Origin: Usitatibacteraceae bacterium
Lineage (GTDB): Bacteria; Pseudomonadota; Gammaproteobacteria; Burkholderiales; Usitatibacteraceae
Length of the DNA: 64,000 bases
Reading direction: 5' to 3'
NCBI GenBank assembly: GCA_038901695.1
Contig: JBCKPN010000001.1
Coordinates: 1,105-65,104 of the forward strand
How positions within the stretch are numbered: the first letter of the stretch is position 1; each line of letters begins with the position of its first letter. A program made the position numbers and the translations under genes. The notes beneath the pieces are model-generated. The model had not been told where the DNA came from, did no database searches, and worked only from the letters and a program-made list of their open reading frames with translations. Below, in pieces: positions 47,538 through 57,317 of the stretch.

Positions 47538-48290
47538 CTATATGCCCTGGTACCGTATGCCGGTGTTCAATCCGAGATCGGCGCGCACTTGTGAGCTGGC
47601 AACACTCGCGATGCGCTTTGAAATTTTGCTGTGGGGATCATTCAGGTCGCCGAAAATCATCGCGTTATGGCCGGCTTCGGAACACGCGTCAGCGCAAGCC
47701 GGCGTCAGGTCGTTGTCGACGCGATGTACGCACATGGTGCAGGCTTCCACGCAACCTTTGCCGCGCGGTACATCGGGTTTTTGATCGGTGAGTGGCTCGT
47801 GCACAAACGAACGCGCCCCATAGGGGCAGGCTAATACGCAATAGCGGCAGCCTATGCAGGAATGCATGTCCACCAGCACGATTCCGTCGGCTCGTTTGAA
47901 TGATGCACCGGTGGGGCACACATCCACGCACGGTGGGTCTGCGCAGTGTTGGCACAACATCGGCAAGGATGTCACCTTGCCTACCTGGCTTTTCATTTCG
48001 ATCTTACGAATCCATTGCGAATCAGTCGGCAAGGTGCCGCCTGAAAGGCCATTCTCGGTATTGCAGGCAGTCACGCAGGTAGTACATCCGCTATCGCAGG
48101 TGTTGGTGTCGATCAACATGCCCCAGCGCACCTGACTCGACGCGGCGACTTCGCCGGGCTGTGCAGCTGCCAACGCAATAAGCTGCACGCCGGGTGCGAT
48201 CATCAATCCAGCGATGGCGGCAACGGACGTGCCGAGGAATTGGCGCCGGCCTTCCTGATGCGGTTTGCCCTCCTGCTTTTCTTCGTTCAT
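47538..48290 (-). CDS. dsrO: DsrO, periplasmic 4Fe-4S ferredoxin-like subunit (Tat signal)
   Basis: The twin-arginine signal is GRRQFLGTSVAAIAG. Several CxxCxxCxxxCP motifs are present, for example CIGCRYCVLACP. Its start overlaps the dsrJ stop (ATGA). Confidence 0.88.
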   Translation of the reverse strand: MNEEKQEGKPHQEGRRQFLGTSVAAIAGLMIAPGVQLIALAAAQPGEVAASSQVRWGMLIDTNTCDSGCTTCVTACNTENGLSGGTLPTDSQWIRKIEMKSQVGKVTSLPMLCQHCADPPCVDVCPTGASFKRADGIVLVDMHSCIGCRYCVLACPYGARSFVHEPLTDQKPDVPRGKGCVEACTMCVHRVDNDLTPACADACSEAGHNAMIFGDLNDPHSKISKRIASVASSQVRADLGLNTGIRYQGI

Positions 48291-48751
48291 CGCGGCTTGT
48301 CCTTTGTAGTTGCAATTAACGGAGCTGACGCCGACTCGTCCCCCGATTGACGGCGCGGTGCAGTAACAGTGGTCGCTTTGGGTTTGGTCGCGTGGCATTC
48401 AAAGCAATCGATTTTGACAGCAGCGTAACTATGGCAACTTTGGCAGAAATTTTCGTTGCTGCCTACCACGCTATTTGTTGTCACGCTGGCATGACAGTCG
48501 ATACAATTCTTCAAACTATGCTTCTTGGTTCGAATTCCTGCGTGAACCGTCTTGTCGCGTTGATGGTTCAACAAATGCATATGGTTCTTGCGCATGAAAT
48601 CTGTTTCTTCCACGCATTGCCCGCCACTCGCGGCTTCAATGAAAGGTCTTGGAACACCCGTAGCCTTGCTTTTGTCGCCAGATCCGGCAAGCGCGGATGT
48701 TGTCAACAGGAGCAAGGCGGCGACTATCCGCACCCTCATCATGTGCGTCAT
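48287..48751 (-). CDS. dsrJ: DsrJ, periplasmic triheme cytochrome c
   Basis: It has a signal peptide and three CxxCH motifs (CIDCH, CQSCH, CFECH). Confidence 0.88.
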   Translation of the reverse strand: MTHMMRVRIVAALLLLTTSALAGSGDKSKATGVPRPFIEAASGGQCVEETDFMRKNHMHLLNHQRDKTVHAGIRTKKHSLKNCIDCHASVTTNSVVGSNENFCQSCHSYAAVKIDCFECHATKPKATTVTAPRRQSGDESASAPLIATTKDKPR

Positions 48752-48754
48752 CCG

Positions 48755-50710
48755 CTAGTCCAGACCCATCTGGATATAACCTGTTGGACATACTTCCGCG
48801 CAGATGTGACAGCCGATGCACTTGTCGTAGTCGGTATCGACGTAGCGACCCATGGTCGATTTGGATTTTGGCACTTTGAATACGGCGATCTGTGGACAAT
48901 ACACGACGCAATTGTCACATTCGAAACACATGCCGCAACTCATGCAACGCTTGGCCTCCTCCACAGCCTTTGCTTCGGTCAGTGCTTGCAGTCGCTCCTC
49001 AAAATTGCCGAGCGCCTGCTCTGCCGTCAGTTGGGTGACACCCCGCACGTTGCGTGGTGTGTAATTAAAGTGACCAAGATATAGTTTGTCGTGTGGGATG
49101 ACGTAGCGTTCGGAGCGATTGTCAAAATTGTGGATGGCAGCAGTGGTGCTGTCGGTGCCCCAAATAGGTTCATGCACCTCGGTGATGGTCAACCCTTTTT
49201 CCAGCATTTTTCGATGTAAATCGAAATAGTGCACATCAATCTTCGGGCGCTTGCCTTGTTCTTCGCCTTTCATATGGCGGTCGATTCCTTCAGCCGCAAT
49301 CGCGCCATGGCCAATCGCAGTGGTCAGCAGGTGCGGCTTGATCAGGTCACCGCCAACAAATACGCCAGGCATGCCGACGACTTGATAGCTGCGGTTGGCG
49401 CTAATGCCGCCCTTGCCGTTGTTGAACATCTCCATGCCGGTAAAGTCAACCGCCTGGCCGATGGCGGACACGATCAAATCTGCCGGAATGTCCTCCTCGG
49501 ATCCTTCGATGTTTTTGATTTCCAGCTTGTCGCCTACCATCTTTGCCTCGCACTTTGCCACGCGTAATGCCACCGCGCGCCCGTCGTCGCCCAGCACGAC
49601 GCAAACTGGTGACAGTCCGCCGCGAATGGCAATGCCCTCGCCAAGCGCGTGATCAATCTCGTGCTTGTTGGCCTGCATTTTGTCGATCGCGAAAATCGAC
49701 GTCAACGTCACTTCGGCACCCTGCTTGGCGGAAATTTCCGCCACGTCATGGGCGGCGTACCCACCGATGACATGCTCTGGGCGATCCTTTTCGCTGACTT
49801 TATCGATGTGTCCCAAACGGCGCGCAACGGTCGCCACGTCAATCGAGGTGTCACCGCCGCCGATGACCACCACGCGTCTACCCACGTGGCGCATGCGACC
49901 GTCGTTGAAGGCGCGTAGGAATGAAGTAGCCGTCACGCAGTTCGGCGCATTGGTGCCTGGCACCGGCAACGCTCTGCCCGCTTGGGCGCCCATGCCAAGG
50001 AACACGGCATGAAACGCGGCGTTGATTTCCTCCATGCTGATGTCGGTGCCTACGCGACAGTTCATGTGCGTTTTGATACCGAGATCGAGGATTCGCTGAA
50101 TTTCTGCGTCGAGTACCTCGCGGGGTGTGCGAAATCCCGGAATGCCGTAGCGCATCATGCCGCCCAGTTCGGCGTGGTCATCAAAAACGGTGACCTCATG
50201 CCCCATTTTGGCTAACTGAAAAGCGCATGAAAGACTCGCGGGGCCGCCACCGATCACCGCGACGCGCTTGCCGGTACTCGCGCGCGGCGCATTGTAGGCG
50301 ATCTTGTTTTGAATGCCATAGTCGCCGAGAAAATGTTCGACAGAGTTGATACCAACGGTGTCGTCCACCTGATTTCGATTGCAGCCGGATTCGCAAGGGG
50401 CGGGACAGACGCGACCCATCACGGAGGGGAATGGGTTGGCGTCGGTGAGGCGCCGGAATGCGTATTCTTGCCAGCCCATGCCAACGGGCGGTTTTTCAAT
50501 ACCGCGCACGATATTGAGGTAACCGCGAATATCCTCCCCTGCGGGACAACTACCCTGACACGGTGGCGTGCTCTGAATGTAGGTGGGACACTTGCCTGAT
50601 GTGTCCTCGTTGAAAATTTTCTGCTGCCACGGTAATGGTGCGCTATCGTCATCCTTGTAGCGGCGGAAGGTAAGCGGCGTGGGCGTGGTTAGGTCCGTTG
50701 TGGCTGACAT
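48755..50710 (-). CDS. dsrL: DsrL, GltD-like NAD(P)H:acceptor oxidoreductase with C-terminal ferredoxin domain
   Basis: It has a GltD-like N-terminus ([38 protein letters not shown]). The C-terminus carries CMSCGMCFECDNCVVYCP and CIGCHICAEVCP. Confidence 0.88.
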   Translation of the reverse strand: MSATTDLTTPTPLTFRRYKDDDSAPLPWQQKIFNEDTSGKCPTYIQSTPPCQGSCPAGEDIRGYLNIVRGIEKPPVGMGWQEYAFRRLTDANPFPSVMGRVCPAPCESGCNRNQVDDTVGINSVEHFLGDYGIQNKIAYNAPRASTGKRVAVIGGGPASLSCAFQLAKMGHEVTVFDDHAELGGMMRYGIPGFRTPREVLDAEIQRILDLGIKTHMNCRVGTDISMEEINAAFHAVFLGMGAQAGRALPVPGTNAPNCVTATSFLRAFNDGRMRHVGRRVVVIGGGDTSIDVATVARRLGHIDKVSEKDRPEHVIGGYAAHDVAEISAKQGAEVTLTSIFAIDKMQANKHEIDHALGEGIAIRGGLSPVCVVLGDDGRAVALRVAKCEAKMVGDKLEIKNIEGSEEDIPADLIVSAIGQAVDFTGMEMFNNGKGGISANRSYQVVGMPGVFVGGDLIKPHLLTTAIGHGAIAAEGIDRHMKGEEQGKRPKIDVHYFDLHRKMLEKGLTITEVHEPIWGTDSTTAAIHNFDNRSERYVIPHDKLYLGHFNYTPRNVRGVTQLTAEQALGNFEERLQALTEAKAVEEAKRCMSCGMCFECDNCVVYCPQIAVFKVPKSKSTMGRYVDTDYDKCIGCHICAEVCPTGYIQMGLD

Positions 50711-50727
50711 TACATTTGTCCTTGCGG

Positions 50728-52260
50728 TTATGCTTGAGTCGAAGCCGACTTGAGGGACTCGGCCTGTTTACTGCCGTCGAGCACAATGGCAGTGCTGACC
50801 AGTTGGTGTACGCCACCCATCATGTTCATGTCGAACCCGTAATACGGCAGCACCTTGGTAAACTGCGCTTTGCAAATTGCACATATTGCGGCCATGAAAT
50901 TGACCTTTCGCTGTTTCACCAGTGTGTTCAGCGCTTCCATGCGCGGCAATGCACCTTTGACGCGAATCTCCATTAGGTCGTCGGTCAATAAGCCGCCGCC
51001 AGCGCCGCAACAGAATGTAGCCTCGCCGATCGTGTCCGGCGCCATATCGTAGAAATGGTTGGCTACGGCCTTGATGATTTCTCGCGGGATAACGAACTGA
51101 CCGCCGGGCATGTCGCCCATGCGCGATGCCCGCGCGACGTTGCAGGAATCATGATACGTAATGACGCGGTCGTCGTTGGCGGCCTTGTCCAGCGTGAGGA
51201 CGTTGCGCTTAATCAGGTCAAAGGTGAATTCGCATATGTGCTGCGGCACTGGATAGCGTTGATCCAGATAATCAAAGGGTCCAATCAGCGTGTGCCAGAA
51301 ATTGTATGCAACCCGCCAGGCATGGCCGCATTCACCCACGACGATGCGTTTTACGCCCAACGCCAGCGATGCTTCACGCACGCGCATGGAAATATCTTTC
51401 ATCTGCTGATAGTTGCCAATGAACAGGCCGAAATTGCCGGCCTCGGAGGCATGCGAACTCAAGGTCCAGCTTATGCCGGCGGCGTGAAATACTTTGGCGT
51501 ATCCGATCAGGCTTTCTACATGCGGCTCGGAAAAGAAATCTGCAGAAGGTGTGATCAACAAGACTTCGGCACCCGGCATATCGAGGGGAAATTTGACTGC
51601 AACCCCCGTCTCCTCGAGCACGTCTTCTTCCAGCCCCTCCAGCGTGTTCTTCAGTGCTGGTCCGGGCAGGCCAAGATTGTTGCCGATGCGATGAACCTTG
51701 CCGATAATTTCGTTGGTATATTTCTGACCATAGCCTACCGTGTCGAGAATCTCTTTGGCCGCCATGGTGACTTCTGCCGTATCGATGCCATACGGGCAGA
51801 ACACTGAACAGCGGCGACACTGCGAACACTGGTTGTAGTACGTGTACCAGTCATCCAACACTTCCCTGGTCAAATCCTTGGCGCCGACCAGTTTTGGAAA
51901 ATATTTGCCGGCGATGGTGAAATTTCGTCGATAGACCTGCCGCATGAGGTCTTGCCTCGCCACCGGCATATTCTTTGGGTCGCCCGTGCCGAGAAAGTAG
52001 TGGCATTTGTCGGAGCAGGCGCCGCAGTGCACACAGGTATCCATGAACACGCGCAACGAGCGGTTTTTGTCGAGCAACTCGCCCATCTTGTCGATGGCCT
52101 TGTCGTGCCAATCCTCTACCAACTCGCCGGGGAATCCCAGCGCTTCTTGAATCGGCGCGGCGGCAACGAAAGGCTTGCTGTGCGCCATTGACCCGATCGC
52201 AACGATGGGGATGACCGGATAGTCATTGAGGACGGGAGTGTCGAATTTGAAGGCGGCCAA
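50728..52260 (-). CDS. dsrK: DsrK, HdrD-like catalytic subunit
   Basis: The motifs CVHCGACSDKCHYF and CSQCRRCSVFCPYG are present. The CCG domains include FCCGAGGG. Confidence 0.9.
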   Translation of the reverse strand: MAAFKFDTPVLNDYPVIPIVAIGSMAHSKPFVAAAPIQEALGFPGELVEDWHDKAIDKMGELLDKNRSLRVFMDTCVHCGACSDKCHYFLGTGDPKNMPVARQDLMRQVYRRNFTIAGKYFPKLVGAKDLTREVLDDWYTYYNQCSQCRRCSVFCPYGIDTAEVTMAAKEILDTVGYGQKYTNEIIGKVHRIGNNLGLPGPALKNTLEGLEEDVLEETGVAVKFPLDMPGAEVLLITPSADFFSEPHVESLIGYAKVFHAAGISWTLSSHASEAGNFGLFIGNYQQMKDISMRVREASLALGVKRIVVGECGHAWRVAYNFWHTLIGPFDYLDQRYPVPQHICEFTFDLIKRNVLTLDKAANDDRVITYHDSCNVARASRMGDMPGGQFVIPREIIKAVANHFYDMAPDTIGEATFCCGAGGGLLTDDLMEIRVKGALPRMEALNTLVKQRKVNFMAAICAICKAQFTKVLPYYGFDMNMMGGVHQLVSTAIVLDGSKQAESLKSASTQA

Positions 52261-52272
52261 GTTGGTCTCGCG

Positions 52273-52998
52273 CTACTTTTGTGAGGCGGCCCAAGCGGCA
52301 ACGTGTTGTCTTTCACGCGCGTTGTCGGCTTGATTGCGGGTGGGGCTGAAAAATAGTCCCGGCGCATGCAGCAATTTGCTGATCGGAAAGATCAGCATGA
52401 GTGAAGCAACTAGAAATAGGTGCAGCAACAGAATTGGGTCAGCCGGTAACGGCTGCCAGTCAAACGCCATCAGGCCGAGCATAAACGCCTTGACGGCGAC
52501 GATATCGGTCGGCGCGACATACTTCATCGCAAGTCCGCTGAGGGCAATCGCCAAAATTAGCAACAGCATGAGGTGATCAGACGGTGTCGAGATATAGCGC
52601 ACACGATCGACAAAAAAACGGCGCGCAGATAGACCGATGAGGCCCGCGACCATACCAAACGCCGCATACAAGCCAAACGGTTGAATCATCTCAACCATCG
52701 GCCAGACAGGCTGCGTGAAATAGCGAAGATGCCGCAGCAACACGAGCAGCAGCGTAAAGTGAAACAGCCAACCGAACAGCCATGTCCATTTGCTGGCTTT
52801 AAACAGGCTTTCAAAGAATACGACCTCGCGGGTCATACGCAGAACCACCCCCGACGTCGTTGTCGGCGCAGGCGTGATGGGAATTTTTAACGGGGATGGC
52901 GTGCGCGTGTAGCCGTAGATTTTGTGCGCGGTTCCGAATACCAGCACGCACGTGGCAGCGTAAAAAAGCAATGCGAAGACGATGGTCAGCGCCGACAT
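52273..52998 (-). CDS. dsrM: DsrM, NarI-like dihaem b membrane subunit
   Basis: It is a five-helix membrane protein with conserved His-containing helices, directly upstream of dsrK. Confidence 0.85.
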   Translation of the reverse strand: MSALTIVFALLFYAATCVLVFGTAHKIYGYTRTPSPLKIPITPAPTTTSGVVLRMTREVVFFESLFKASKWTWLFGWLFHFTLLLVLLRHLRYFTQPVWPMVEMIQPFGLYAAFGMVAGLIGLSARRFFVDRVRYISTPSDHLMLLLILAIALSGLAMKYVAPTDIVAVKAFMLGLMAFDWQPLPADPILLLHLFLVASLMLIFPISKLLHAPGLFFSPTRNQADNARERQHVAAWAASQK

Positions 52999-53073
52999 GA
53001 TTTGGCCTTGCAGGCGCGGATCGCCTTCGCTTTGAACGATCGATCCGCATCAATATGAAAAGGTGGAAATTCG

Positions 53074-53406
53074 CTAAATACATCCGGTCGGTTTTGGCAG
53101 GCCGGCAATTTTGCACGCTTGTTTCGCCGGGCCATAGGGGAAAAGTTCATACAGATATTTGCTGGTACCCTTGTCCGCGCCGAGTTTTTTACCAATGGAT
53201 TTTGTCAACACGCGAACGGCCGGTGCAACTTGATACTCGGCGTAGTACTCCCGCAAGAAGTTCACCACTTCCCAGTGGTTTTCGTTCATGTCGATTTTTT
53301 CCTCCACCGCGAGGTGCTTGGCGGCGTCTTCGGTCCACTCCGCCAAATTCAATAGATAGCCTTCTTCGTCAGTTTCATAGGTCTTCCCGTTTATTTCGAA
53401 TGCCAT
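53074..53406 (-). CDS. dsrC: DsrC, sulfur-carrier protein with both redox-active cysteines
   Basis: It starts MAFEINGKTYETDEEGYLLNL and contains ...HWEVVNFLREYY... The C-terminal arm is PAKQACKIAGLPKPTGCI, with Cys-x10-Cys and a penultimate-region Cys. Confidence 0.92.
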   Translation of the reverse strand: MAFEINGKTYETDEEGYLLNLAEWTEDAAKHLAVEEKIDMNENHWEVVNFLREYYAEYQVAPAVRVLTKSIGKKLGADKGTSKYLYELFPYGPAKQACKIAGLPKPTGCI

Positions 53407-53461
53407 CTTGTTCTCCAGCTCATTGATAAGAAAGTGCTCAGGCCCTGCTGTTTATATTCTC

Positions 53462-53761
53462 TTACAACCACGAGTGGACGGCATGGTGTTGCGCGACCAA
53501 TTCAACAAAGCCGCCGTAATTGACCAACTCCACGCCCTCAGTTAACGCGCCCGTCATTCCGCGCGCTTCCAAGTCGGGTGCTAGCGCGTAGACTTTTAGC
53601 GAGGGCATCGCGTTGCGAATTTTTGATTCCCCGGGGCTGCCCTTGGTCGCAGCGTAGACCGCATCCTCGATCAGCAGCAAGGCATTCCCCGCGCCGGCCA
53701 CACGCAGGCAACTATCCAGTGAAGTGTTTTCGGTCGGCGATTTGTTTACGATGTGTAGCAT
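53462..53761 (-). CDS. dsrH: DsrH
   Basis: It is a 99-aa DsrH/TusB-like protein positioned after dsrF. Confidence 0.85.
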   Translation of the reverse strand: MLHIVNKSPTENTSLDSCLRVAGAGNALLLIEDAVYAATKGSPGESKIRNAMPSLKVYALAPDLEARGMTGALTEGVELVNYGGFVELVAQHHAVHSWL

Positions 53762-53774
53762 GGTGAAATCCTAA

Positions 53775-54188
53775 TCAAAAACTGATGATGACATCTTGTT
53801 CGGCCATCAACGCGCCCATCTGCGCCGAGGTCAATACTTCAACTGGAACGAGCAGTTGTTCCTCGCTTAGTCCCCTCACGTCGAGAGACTCTTTCTCGAC
53901 GTAAAGTTTTTCGATGTCATAACCTTCGAGTGCCCGATAGGTGGGCGAAAAATTCTTCATGCCAATGGCCTTGGCCTGCTGACCTTTGATGATCTCGTAT
54001 ACCCCATCGTCCAGGAAGACCATGCTCACGTCTTGATCGAATGCCGCGCTGATCAGCACCACTTCGAGCCCTTCAAGCGCGTACACCGTCCCATATGGGG
54101 CTTTACGGTTGACGAACATGAATTTTTTGATGGTGCCAGATTCCTGGCCGTCAGTTTCGATGTCTTCAGCCATGCGTTCCTCGGTCAA
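53775..54188 (-). CDS. dsrF: DsrF
   Basis: It is a DsrF/TusC-like protein. Its start overlaps the dsrE stop by 4 nt. Confidence 0.85.
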   Translation of the reverse strand: MTEERMAEDIETDGQESGTIKKFMFVNRKAPYGTVYALEGLEVVLISAAFDQDVSMVFLDDGVYEIIKGQQAKAIGMKNFSPTYRALEGYDIEKLYVEKESLDVRGLSEEQLLVPVEVLTSAQMGALMAEQDVIISF

Positions 54189-54544
54189 TCGCCAAACACC
54201 ATTAGTCGGTCGGCTTGAATGCCGAGTTCAACCAACTGTCCCAATCCGGAAATACGAAACCCATCGGCGAGAATTTCCTCGGTGATTCCTCGACGCAACG
54301 CAGCCGCAACGCAAACAACCAAATCTACCCCGTGGTCTGCCGCGAGCTTGGACCAGCGATTGACGATGTGCCGATCGTCTTGCGGCGGCTCAGTCAATTT
54401 AGTCGCGTTGTTGACGCCGTCATGATAGAAAAAAATACGGTTTACCTGATGTCCATTTTCAAGTGCCGCGGTTGCAAAGTGAAACGCCGTGTCCGATGCC
54501 TGATGGGTGTAAGGCCCCTCGCTGACGAGTATTCCGAATACCAT
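54185..54544 (-). CDS. dsrE: DsrE
   Basis: It starts MVFGILVSEGPYTHQAS... and contains ...DLVVCVAAALRRGI (DsrE/TusD fold with the active-site Cys). The start is trimmed from the track ORF, which overlaps dsrB. Confidence 0.85.
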   Translation of the reverse strand: MVFGILVSEGPYTHQASDTAFHFATAALENGHQVNRIFFYHDGVNNATKLTEPPQDDRHIVNRWSKLAADHGVDLVVCVAAALRRGITEEILADGFRISGLGQLVELGIQADRLMVFGD

Positions 54545-54557
54545 GATCCTCCTCGAA

Positions 54558-55631
54558 TCAGAATCGAATGTGCGTGGAGGCGTTGAGGCTGGCCCGCGAG
54601 CCGCGCCAGTCGTCAATCAAATACTTTGTGAAAGGCAACCCGGTTTTTTCAAAGAATCGCGGCCAGCCGATCCGCTCCACCCAGTCCGCCGTGCGCTCCC
54701 ATGGCCGGGCGTCTGCCTTGTAGGTGTAGAGAATTTTCTTGACCACTTCCGATACCTCAGGCCAGCGCGGCGGATTGTTTGGCAAGCCTGATGCAACCAA
54801 CTTCATAAACGTTGGTTTGCCGCGCGCGTTGGAATTCTTGCCACCAACCCAAATGGCAAGTTTGGAATGCTCCGGATCATTGATTTGCATTGGCGGGCAG
54901 GGCGGATAACAGGCGCCGCAGCAGATGCATTTCTTCTCGTCCACTTCCAATGAAGGCTTGCCGTTCACCAGCGCCGGACGAATCGCCGCAACCGGGCAAC
55001 GCGCGACGACAGCGGGTCGCTCGCATACGTTGGCGACCAGCGCATGATTGATTTTTGGTGGCTTGGTGTGCTGCACGACGATGGCAATATCGGCTTGTCC
55101 GCCGCAATTGATTTCGCAACAGGACGTAGATAGGTGCACGCGATTCGGCATCTCCTCCTTGATGAACTCTTCGTATAGGTCATCCATCAAGGCCTTTACT
55201 ACGCCTGATGCATCAGTTCCGGGAATATCACAATGGAGCCAGCCCTGTGTGTGGGCAATCGCGGATACCGAGTTGCCGGTGCCGCCAACCGGGAAGCCAT
55301 GTTTGGTCAACGCCTCAATCAGCGGCGCGACTTTGCTCTGATCCGCGACCATGAATTCAATATTGCTGCGGATGGTAAAACGCACGTGGCCGTCGGCGAA
55401 CTGGTCGCCAATGTCACAAAGCGTGCGAATGGTAAACAAGTCCATCTGCCGCTGGGTGCCTGCGCGCACGGTCCAGATTTCCTCGCCGATATGGGAAACG
55501 TGGTGCAGGACGCCGGGGCGCGGCCGGTCATGGTATTTCCAGTTGCCGTAGTTTTTCAACATCACAGGGTGCATGTACTGCTTGTTGTCCGGCACACCGC
55601 TCTCTATTGGCGCTCGCATTTCACCCATCAT
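54558..55631 (-). CDS. dsrB: dissimilatory sulfite reductase beta subunit (reverse/oxidative type by context)
   Basis: It carries siroheme/Fe-S cysteines and the ferredoxin insert CPVAAIRP...KCICCGACYPPCP. The length is 357 aa. Confidence 0.93.
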   Translation of the reverse strand: MMGEMRAPIESGVPDNKQYMHPVMLKNYGNWKYHDRPRPGVLHHVSHIGEEIWTVRAGTQRQMDLFTIRTLCDIGDQFADGHVRFTIRSNIEFMVADQSKVAPLIEALTKHGFPVGGTGNSVSAIAHTQGWLHCDIPGTDASGVVKALMDDLYEEFIKEEMPNRVHLSTSCCEINCGGQADIAIVVQHTKPPKINHALVANVCERPAVVARCPVAAIRPALVNGKPSLEVDEKKCICCGACYPPCPPMQINDPEHSKLAIWVGGKNSNARGKPTFMKLVASGLPNNPPRWPEVSEVVKKILYTYKADARPWERTADWVERIGWPRFFEKTGLPFTKYLIDDWRGSRASLNASTHIRF

Positions 55632-55678
55632 CTTCTCCTGGCAATTCTTTCGTGGAACATGGTGTTTCGAATCGGAAC

Positions 55679-56959
55679 CTATGCCGCCACTTTTTTGGCG
55701 TTGATCTTGGCGACTTCGTCGTCCCAGCCGTCCATCCGGACATACGGATTCGTACGCGGTGCTGTCACCATGTTTACATCAATTTCGACGCCGATGCCTT
55801 CTAGGAAATTTACCAGCCCAATGCGTTCGATCATCTCGCCGGTGCGCTCGTGCTCGAGCGCATTTTCAGCAAAGAAATCAATGACCTTTTGGCCGAGCTC
55901 AACCAACTTTTCGTAGTCTTCCTCGGTGTCGAGCTTCAGGAACGGAACGATCACCGTCCCCATCAAGTCGCCGATTTTTAGGGTCCGCTTGCCGCCAATC
56001 AGAATTGTTGCACCTTTATCAGTGCCGGTGGCCAACGCACCGGTCATCACGTTGATGCAATGCATACAACGCACACAGTTGCTGTTGTCAATCTCAAGAG
56101 ACTGGGTGTCGTTGATCGCGACACTGGATATCTTTTCACCCTTGGCGACATTCTTGGTTTCCTTGAGCATGATGGTTTTCGTCGGACAGCGACTGATCAC
56201 GTCATTGACCAATTCGTCCATGCCATGCTTTGCAAACCACTTTTTTGCCAGCACTTCGTCGGTCCGCATATTGTCGCGCCACGTGCCGATGACCGCCATA
56301 TCCGAGCGCTGAATGGAATTCATGCAGTCGTTGGGGCAACCTGAAAATTTGAATTTGAATTTGTAAGGCAGTGCCGGGCGATGAATGTCGTCAATAAACG
56401 TGTTCAGCACCTTGCGATGGGCTTTGGCTTCGTCGTAACAGGATTGCTCGCAGCGTGCGGCGCCAACGCAGGACATCGACGTACGTACCGCCGGGCCTGC
56501 TCCACCCAGATCGAATCCCAGTTCGTTGATCGCATTGAATGCGTCCTGTACTTTTGCAGAGGAAGCGCCCTGAAACATGATGTCACCGCTCTGGCCGTGG
56601 AACGCGATCAGGCCGGAGCCGTGTTCTCCCCAAGCGTCGCAAAGTTTGCGCAGAATGTCAGTGCTGTAGTGCATACCCGGCGGCGGTTGCACGCGCAAGG
56701 TGTGAAACTCTGCCGATTCGGGAAACATGCTGGCGACTTCAGAAAACCGCGGAATAATCCCGCCGCCATAACCAAACACGCCGACCGTGCCGCCCTTCCA
56801 GTAGCCTTTTCTGGTTTTGTACGAATGCTCCAGTTGACCCAGCAGGTCAACCATGTAGTCCTTTTCCTTGGCAAGACGCTTCAAGCCGGTGACGAAACTG
56901 GGCCACGGGCCGCTCTCGAGTTGGTCGAGCATTGGGGTGTCATATATTTTCTTTGCCAT
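55679..56959 (-). CDS. dsrA: dissimilatory sulfite reductase alpha subunit (reverse/oxidative type by context)
   Basis: The motifs MSCVGAARCEQSC and FSGCPNDC are present. The ferredoxin insert reads CPTKTI...CVRCMHCINVM. The length is 426 aa. Confidence 0.93.
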   Translation of the reverse strand: MAKKIYDTPMLDQLESGPWPSFVTGLKRLAKEKDYMVDLLGQLEHSYKTRKGYWKGGTVGVFGYGGGIIPRFSEVASMFPESAEFHTLRVQPPPGMHYSTDILRKLCDAWGEHGSGLIAFHGQSGDIMFQGASSAKVQDAFNAINELGFDLGGAGPAVRTSMSCVGAARCEQSCYDEAKAHRKVLNTFIDDIHRPALPYKFKFKFSGCPNDCMNSIQRSDMAVIGTWRDNMRTDEVLAKKWFAKHGMDELVNDVISRCPTKTIMLKETKNVAKGEKISSVAINDTQSLEIDNSNCVRCMHCINVMTGALATGTDKGATILIGGKRTLKIGDLMGTVIVPFLKLDTEEDYEKLVELGQKVIDFFAENALEHERTGEMIERIGLVNFLEGIGVEIDVNMVTAPRTNPYVRMDGWDDEVAKINAKKVAA

Positions 56960-57317
56960 GGCGCCTTCTCCTGTGAGAACTATTTACCTTGCGACAATCA
57001 TATTCCGGTCGCTATGACGACTCGTTGTTTTGTGCTGCATGCCGAAACGGTGCGGAATGCTGGTGTCCATATCCACCCGCGTAACAAGTGTAAACCAGTA
57101 CACTCTTTGCATGGTGGAACAGTACCATTGTGTTCGCGGCGTAACGATAGACCTGTTAGGGGGGGGGTGGCCATTACCCATATGGGGTATGCGCAATCCC
57201 CCGTCGTGGCTATAGACTGGGGTAGGGGCAATTCTGCCCAATGCTAGCCTGTGCGCAGTCGTCGCCCGCGCACGTTATAGGGCTACAAGGTGTCGGTATT
57301 TCGCGCGCAATCTTAGG
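56960..57317. promoter_or_regulatory. divergent promoter/regulatory region between dsrA and the Cas6-like operon
   Basis: The spacer is about 358 bp, non-coding, and lies between divergently oriented first genes. It contains a G9 tract (57159-57167) and the near-palindrome tacccatatggggta. No promoter boxes were assigned with confidence. Confidence 0.5.

Noticed and set aside
42161-57247. Long antisense ORFs in the regulator and dsr genes (42161-42895, 44817-45722, 48347-49084, 51055-51807, 55233-55916, 56381-57247)
   Set aside because: All are contained within strongly supported genes on the other strand, and none has a recognisable motif.
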